A DNA stretch of 11,222 bases from Candidatus Diapherotrites archaeon CG10_big_fil_rev_8_21_14_0_10_31_34 (GTDB taxonomy: Archaea > Iainarchaeota > Iainarchaeia > Iainarchaeales > 1-14-0-10-31-34). The notes under the pieces were generated by a model. The model searched no databases. It saw nothing but the letters and a program-made list of their open reading frames with translations, and was not told the origin of the DNA. The translations under genes were made by a program, and so were the position numbers. The stretch lies in assembly GCA_002763225.1 (NCBI GenBank), contig PFAI01000058.1, forward strand, positions 1 to 11,222. The letters are read 5' to 3'. This document shows positions 6,577-11,222 of the stretch, in pieces. Within the stretch, counting starts at the first letter, position 1. Every line of letters starts with the position of its first letter.

Positions 6577-7047
6577 ATGAAAAAGATTTTTATTGTTTTA
6601 ATTTTGGTTTCAGTTATTTTTTCTGGTTGTGTTGAACCAAAACCCGCACAAGAAAAAATATTTAATGTCGCTGAATTATTAGAAAATCCTGTTTATGAAA
6701 AAGAAATAAAAATTCAGGGAAAAGTAAGTGGTTTAGGAGAAGTTTTATGTTTGTGTTTTGATTTAACTTCAGGAGAAAAAAGTTTAGTAATTTGGTATGA
6801 TCCAGTAATGGTTAAAGGAATTGAAAACGGAGATCAAGTAATTGTAACAGGCAAATTAGACTCAAAAGAAGCTGGAGGAGCAAATCCGGGAAAAGATTTT
6901 TGGGCAACAAAAATTGAATTGGAGTTGAAATCTGAAAAACTTTGCAATTCAGATTTAGATTGTGGAAAAGGAGAAAAATGTTTGGATACACAATGGTCTG
7001 ATAATGCATTTTATAAATTGTGTTTTGAAGATAGACAGCAGGACTGA
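6577..7047 (+). CDS. Putative lipoprotein with OB-fold-like domain and small Cys-rich C-terminal module
   Basis: MKK + hydrophobic core + FSGC lipobox-like motif; VAELLENP...IKIQGKV...GDQVIVTGKL resembles an OB fold; CNSDLDCGKGEKC module near the C-terminus. Confidence 0.75.
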   Translation: MKKIFIVLILVSVIFSGCVEPKPAQEKIFNVAELLENPVYEKEIKIQGKVSGLGEVLCLCFDLTSGEKSLVIWYDPVMVKGIENGDQVIVTGKLDSKEAGGANPGKDFWATKIELELKSEKLCNSDLDCGKGEKCLDTQWSDNAFYKLCFEDRQQD

Positions 7048-7150
7048 ATGAAATGAAGTCGTGCCTCGTGCTCAAACGGCGAAACGTTTATTACAGTGCT
7101 ATCGAAGATAGCACGCGTTACTCGCGGACGCAACCGCGATGCGAAAGCGG
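7035..7150 (+). repeat. GC-rich mosaic hairpin repeat element, copy B
   Basis: Hairpins GACTGAATGAAATGAAGTC, AAACG-GCGAAA-CGTTT, GTGCTATC-GAA-GATAGCAC and TCGCGG-ACGCAA-CCGCGA; near-identical blocks to 4980-5151. It fills the whole gap between two convergent genes. Confidence 0.85.
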
Positions 7151-8113
7151 CTATTCAAGCAAAGCATAATACATGTTTTCTACAAACAAAAAAGTTTTGT
7201 TTGGTTGTCCTTCCATTGAAAAAGTTTCTGGGGGAACAGCAAAATAAACTATTGTTTCGCCTAAACCTGAAGCAGAAGAAACCATTATAATTGAAAAAAC
7301 GTCTCCGTAATTTGTTCCTTTTGGTTTAACTAAACCTTTTTCATCTATTATTGCACTAAAAGCATCAACAGTTAAAACTTCATTATTGTATTTATCCAAG
7401 CGTTTTTTTACAACAGAAAAATCTGCTCTCATTTCAAATCTTGGGTCTAATCCTTTAACTAAATCATGTGTTGGTCCAGGCGCTTTCCTGAAGTAACCAA
7501 TAAAAGGAAATTCATCTCCGCAGGTTTTTATATCACAGTAATTTCCAATAAAGCTTACTGACAAAAGCTTATCCAAGTCAACTGAATAATTTGCATCGTC
7601 TTTAATTTGTTTTCTTGCCCAAGGGCCAATTTCTGTGTCAGCCATTCCAGGGCTTCTGTCTGATTCTAATAACATTAAATCAGTGTCATAGGGTTCGGTT
7701 CCTGAATCTCCTATCCAAACTAATTTTCCTCCTTCAGAAACATAATCAATAAACAAAGAAATTTCTTCTGTGCTCATTTTTTTTGCTCTGTCAACTATAA
7801 CTAATTTATAGTTTTTCAGCAAACCAGGACTGATGTTTTTTAATTGAACCATTTCAGCTCTCTTGCCTAAATACTCTGGATTTTCAATTGCTTTTTCTAA
7901 AAGAAACGGGTCTCCTAAACCTGTTTCTCCATATACAATCAAAATATTTGGTTCACCTGCAAACAAATAATAAACTGAACACCAGCCAGGAATAGCAGAG
8001 CATTTAGTTACTCCTGCCCAAGTCATTATTCCAAGAATAATCATGATTAAAAGAATCAAAGTCAAAACATGAAATGAATCATTAATATATCTTCTAATTT
8101 GTGCTTCTTCCAT
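7151..8113 (-). CDS. Membrane-anchored protein with class I glutamine-amidotransferase-like domain; paralog of 5553-6401
   Basis: TM segment VLTLILLIMIILGIM, then ILIVYG, YKLVIVD, FIDYVSEGGKLVWIGDSG, HDLVKGL, GETIVYF. ATG 8113 (MEEAQ) is preferred because the track's extension to 8143 reads through repeat DNA. Confidence 0.75.
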   Translation of the reverse strand: MEEAQIRRYINDSFHVLTLILLIMIILGIMTWAGVTKCSAIPGWCSVYYLFAGEPNILIVYGETGLGDPFLLEKAIENPEYLGKRAEMVQLKNISPGLLKNYKLVIVDRAKKMSTEEISLFIDYVSEGGKLVWIGDSGTEPYDTDLMLLESDRSPGMADTEIGPWARKQIKDDANYSVDLDKLLSVSFIGNYCDIKTCGDEFPFIGYFRKAPGPTHDLVKGLDPRFEMRADFSVVKKRLDKYNNEVLTVDAFSAIIDEKGLVKPKGTNYGDVFSIIMVSSASGLGETIVYFAVPPETFSMEGQPNKTFLFVENMYYALLE

Positions 8114-8117
8114 AACC

Positions 8118-8242
8118 AAACCTTTTTCTAAAAGCTTTACCAAAAACTGCTTTCAGCAAAAACCTTTTTCTAAAAGCTTTACCAAAACAACCTTTTTAAA
8201 AAAAAGGTTGAACAAAAAAATTAGTTTCAGCAAAACCTTTTT
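8118..8242 (-). repeat. Second cluster of AT-rich REP-like palindromes, opposite orientation to 3631-3986
   Basis: Two identical 28-mers AAACCTTTTTCTAAAAGCTTTACCAAAA (8118-8145, 8160-8187), CAACCTTTTT-AAA-AAAAAGGTTG-AACAAAA (8188-8217), and a partial copy TTTCAGCAAAACCTTTTT (8225-8242). Confidence 0.85.
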
Positions 8243-8321
8243 AATTTCTATTCAACCAGAGTATTAATAGAATTTATTTCTTATTAAACTTTTTGTTTAA
8301 AAAGTATTAAAGTGATGTTAA

Positions 8322-8495
8322 ATGGTTAAATTGACTAGAGGTTCAGGAGCAAGCGGTCCAAGTTCTTCTTTAGGGATAATGAGGTTCTTTGATGTAGACA
8401 CTGGAGGACCAAAAATGTCCCCTGAATTTGTTGTAATAGTTGCAGTAATGGTAATTGTAGTTATTCTATTAATCAAAAACCTGAATTTAGTTTAA
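8322..8495 (+). CDS. secG: Preprotein translocase subunit Sec61beta (archaeal SecG)
   Basis: 57 aa MVKLTRGSGASGPSSSLGIMRFFDVDTGGPKMSPEFVVIVAVMVIVVILLIKNLNLV: G(L/I)MRF(F/Y)D motif, K.SP and a C-terminal TM helix. Too short for the ORF track. Confidence 0.92.
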   Translation: MVKLTRGSGASGPSSSLGIMRFFDVDTGGPKMSPEFVVIVAVMVIVVILLIKNLNLV

Positions 8496-8552
8496 AACAA
8501 AAACTAAAAAGAAAGGTTTAAATTAAACTAAGCCGTTTATTTATTGATTGAT

Positions 8553-8924
8553 ATGAGCCCAAAAGTCAGATTACCCAAAAAAAGAAGAATAATAGACAAG
8601 CGAAAAAAAAAGCCAATGATAAGGCCTATTGCAAAAAACCCTTATCAAATGACAGGAAGCCCTACACGAGTTTTTGAATCACTAAAAAAATTAAATAAAG
8701 TGCCTTTTGTTGGAACAAGAAGAGGGCCAACAGGGGAACGAATTTTTGTTTACGAACTGCCTGAACTTCCTTTAATACGCACACCAGCCAAAGAGATGTT
8801 TTTTGGCGGAAAGACAAAAAGTAACTCTCATAAGACTGACCCTCATTGGATTGAAAAAAAGAAAAATCGCAGGAAAAAAAAGAGAATCATAATAAAAAGA
8901 AATAGTAAAAAAACTACTCCTTGA
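8553..8924 (+). CDS. Hypothetical highly basic protein (123 aa)
   Basis: ATG 8553 with GAAAGG-TTTAAAT BRE/TATA about 30 nt upstream; roughly 30% K+R, concentrated at both termini. Confidence 0.6.
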   Translation: MSPKVRLPKKRRIIDKRKKKPMIRPIAKNPYQMTGSPTRVFESLKKLNKVPFVGTRRGPTGERIFVYELPELPLIRTPAKEMFFGGKTKSNSHKTDPHWIEKKKNRRKKKRIIIKRNSKKTTP

Positions 8925-9020
8925 GAAAAAAAACATAAATAATAATTATTAGCCTAGTTTTTGAAGTTTTTTAGGATTTCATTAATTAACTTTTTTAACT
9001 AGTTTAACCTAATTTTAGAG

Positions 9021-11222
9021 ATGACTGAATTTTATTCATTAAAAATCGATGAAGTATTTAAAGAACTAAATAGTTCACAGGATGGATTGACTGACAAAGA
9101 AGCATTTGAAAAAAAAGAAAAGTTTGGTTTAAACAAATTAAAAGAAGGAAAAAAAACAACTAAACTGGAAATTCTTGCAAGCCAGTTTAAGAGCCTGATT
9201 ATCTGGATTTTGATTGCAGCAACAATAATTTCTTTTTTTATCGGAGAAACAGTTGACGCAATAGTAATACTGATTTTAGTTTTAGTTAATGCAGTAATTG
9301 GTTTTGTTCAAGAGTATAATGCAGACAAATCAATTGATGCACTAAAAAAATTAATGAATTTAAAAGCAGTAATAAAAAGAAACGGCAAAACAATTGAAAT
9401 TAATTCAGAACAACTGGTGCCGGGAGACTTAATTTTGCTTGAAGAAGGAATGAAGGTTCCGGCAGACATCAGGTTAATTGAAGCAATTTCTTTAGAAACA
9501 CAAGAAGCTTCTTTGACAGGAGAAAGTTTGCCAGTGCAAAAAAAAACAATTGAATTAGTTAAAGGAACTCCTTTAGCTGAAAGAACTAACATGGTTTTTT
9601 CCGGAACTGTAATCTCTAAAGGAAAAGGAAAAGGCATTGTTGTCTCAACTGGAATGCAGACAGAAATAGGAAAAATTGCAGGAATGCTGCAGGAACAAAA
9701 AGAACCTCAAACTTTACTGCAGACAAAACTGGCTTTTATGAGCAAATGGATTGCAGTAGCAACAATAATTATTTGTGTAATAGTTTTTTTAAGCCAGGTT
9801 TTACTGCATTTAACTTCAATGACTCCGGAAAAAACTTCTGATGCATTTATGCTTGCAGTAAGTCTGGCTGTAGCAGCAATTCCTGAAGGACTTCCGGCAA
9901 TAGTAACTATTTCTCTTGCATTAGGAATTCAGAGAATGGTGAAAAAAAAGTCTTTAATCAGAAGGCTTCCTGCAGTTGAAACACTTGGGTCAGTTGACGT
10001 AATTTGTACAGACAAAACAGGAACATTAACTAAAAATGAAATGACTGTAAGAGAAATATATTTTTCATCACAAAAAATAGAGGTAACAGGAGAAGGGTAC
10101 AATACTAAAGGAAAGTTTTTGTCAGGAAAAGAGCCAGTGGATTTAAGCATGATTTTAAATGCAGGGGTTTTATGTAATAATTCAATTTTAGAAGAAAAAG
10201 AAATGATTGGAGACCCGACAGAATTGAGTTTGCTTGTAGCTGGCGAAAAAGCAGGAATAAAAAAAGAAAAACTGGAATTAATTTATCCAAGAACTGGAGA
10301 AATTCCTTTTAGCTCTGAAAGAAAACTAATGACTACAATTCATTTACATAAAAATCAAAAAATTTCTTTTTCAAAAGGAGCGCCAGATGTAATACTGGAT
10401 TTATGCACTAAAATTTTTGAGAAAGGAGAAATAAGACAGATTACTTTTGGAGACAAAGAAAAAATTAAAGAAATGAACGAAGAAATGGCTGAAAAATCCA
10501 TGCGGGTTTTAGGTTTTGCATTTAAAGAGGAAAACGTTGAAAAAGAAGAACAAATGATTTTTTTGGGTTTACAGGCAATGAATGACCCTCCAAGAAAAGA
10601 AGTAAAATATTCTTTAGAGTTATGCAGGCAGGCAGGAATAAAAGTAATAATGATTACAGGAGATTATCTTGGAACAGCAAAAGCTATTGCAAAAGAATTA
10701 GGTTTGGGAACAAATTCTTTGAGCGGAAAAGAATTAGAAGAAATCTCTGAAAAAGAATTAGAAGAAAGAATTGAAAACATAGATATTTTTGCCAGAGTTA
10801 ATCCTGCCCATAAAATGAAAATAATTAAAGCACTTCAGGCAAAAAACCATGTTGTTGCAATGACCGGAGACGGAGTAAACGATGCTCCTGCACTGAAAAA
10901 AGCTGACATGGGAATTTCAATGGGAATAAAAGGAACTGATATAGCAAAAGAATCAAGTGAAATGATTTTAATGGACGACAATTTTGCTTCAATAGTTGAT
11001 GCAATACAAGAAGGAAGAGGAATCTATGATAACATAACAAAGTTTGTGAATTATTTACTGTCATGCAATTTAGGAGAGGTATTACTGATTTTTTTTGCTA
11101 TTATTATTTGGTGGGATAAACCTGAAGTAATTATTCCTTTGATTCCAATTCAATTGCTTTGGCTGAATATTGTAACTGATGGTTTACCAGCTCTTGCGCT
11201 TGGATTAGATCCAGCAGAAAAA
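9021..11222 (+). CDS. P-type cation-transporting ATPase, P2A (SERCA/PMR1-like Ca2+ ATPase); 3' end lies beyond the window edge
   Basis: From ATG 9021: LVPGD, VPAD, LTGES (TGES at 9516), VAAIPEGLP, phosphorylation motif DKTGT at 10011, [30 protein letters not shown]5 [10 protein letters not shown]6 [10 protein letters not shown]. Confidence 0.96.
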   Translation, partial: MTEFYSLKIDEVFKELNSSQDGLTDKEAFEKKEKFGLNKLKEGKKTTKLEILASQFKSLIIWILIAATIISFFIGETVDAIVILILVLVNAVIGFVQEYNADKSIDALKKLMNLKAVIKRNGKTIEINSEQLVPGDLILLEEGMKVPADIRLIEAISLETQEASLTGESLPVQKKTIELVKGTPLAERTNMVFSGTVISKGKGKGIVVSTGMQTEIGKIAGMLQEQKEPQTLLQTKLAFMSKWIAVATIIICVIVFLSQVLLHLTSMTPEKTSDAFMLAVSLAVAAIPEGLPAIVTISLALGIQRMVKKKSLIRRLPAVETLGSVDVICTDKTGTLTKNEMTVREIYFSSQKIEVTGEGYNTKGKFLSGKEPVDLSMILNAGVLCNNSILEEKEMIGDPTELSLLVAGEKAGIKKEKLELIYPRTGEIPFSSERKLMTTIHLHKNQKISFSKGAPDVILDLCTKIFEKGEIRQITFGDKEKIKEMNEEMAEKSMRVLGFAFKEENVEKEEQMIFLGLQAMNDPPRKEVKYSLELCRQAGIKVIMITGDYLGTAKAIAKELGLGTNSLSGKELEEISEKELEERIENIDIFARVNPAHKMKIIKALQAKNHVVAMTGDGVNDAPALKKADMGISMGIKGTDIAKESSEMILMDDNFASIVDAIQEGRGIYDNITKFVNYLLSCNLGEVLLIFFAIIIWWDKPEVIIPLIPIQLLWLNIVTDGLPALALGLDPAEK

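Noticed and set aside
2496..7075. Track ORFs 2496-2894 (-), 3344-3565 (+), 5664-5927 (+), 6812-7075 (-)
   Set aside because: Antisense shadows of better-supported genes.
7035..7150. Integron attC site or SECIS element
   Set aside because: It is a chain of short hairpins rather than one long RYYYAAC...GTTRRRY fold; the sister copy follows a core gene (alba); the flanking genes have no internal in-frame TGA with a plausible continuation.
9308..11064. Track ORFs 9308-9637, 9929-10150, 10105-10290, 10825-11064 (-)
   Set aside because: Antisense shadows of the P-type ATPase.

Overview
AT-rich archaeal chromosomal window; a DPANN lineage such as Iainarchaeota/Diapherotrites is my inference from gene content (Alba, Sec61beta, TATA/BRE promoters, GGAGG(TG) Shine-Dalgarno sites). 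Coding content in order: a HerA/DUF87-like P-loop ATPase (runs off the left edge) with a 422-aa LAGLIDADG intein in Walker A, a DEDDy 3'-5' exonuclease-like protein, a basic hypothetical protein, a coiled-coil/winged-HTH regulator with palindromic operators, Alba, two paralogous membrane-anchored GATase-fold-like proteins flanking an OB-fold lipoprotein, Sec61beta, a very basic small protein and a P2A-type Ca2+-ATPase (runs off the right edge). The ATPase, Sec61beta and Ca2+-ATPase genes are missing from the supplied ORF track. Two non-obvious signals stand out. (1) An apparently complete micro-gene at about 4545-4864 (minus strand): TATA/BRE, structured leader, AAGGAGG, a 16-aa peptide MGDEDFDDIEETEDDD, a leader-trailer fold-back and a hairpin plus U-tract. 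(2) A REP/BIME-like system of modular DNA hairpins, with GC-rich GAA-loop modules showing compensatory changes and AT-rich TTTTG-N3-hairpin units. The two unit types occupy homologous positions and cluster at gene ends.
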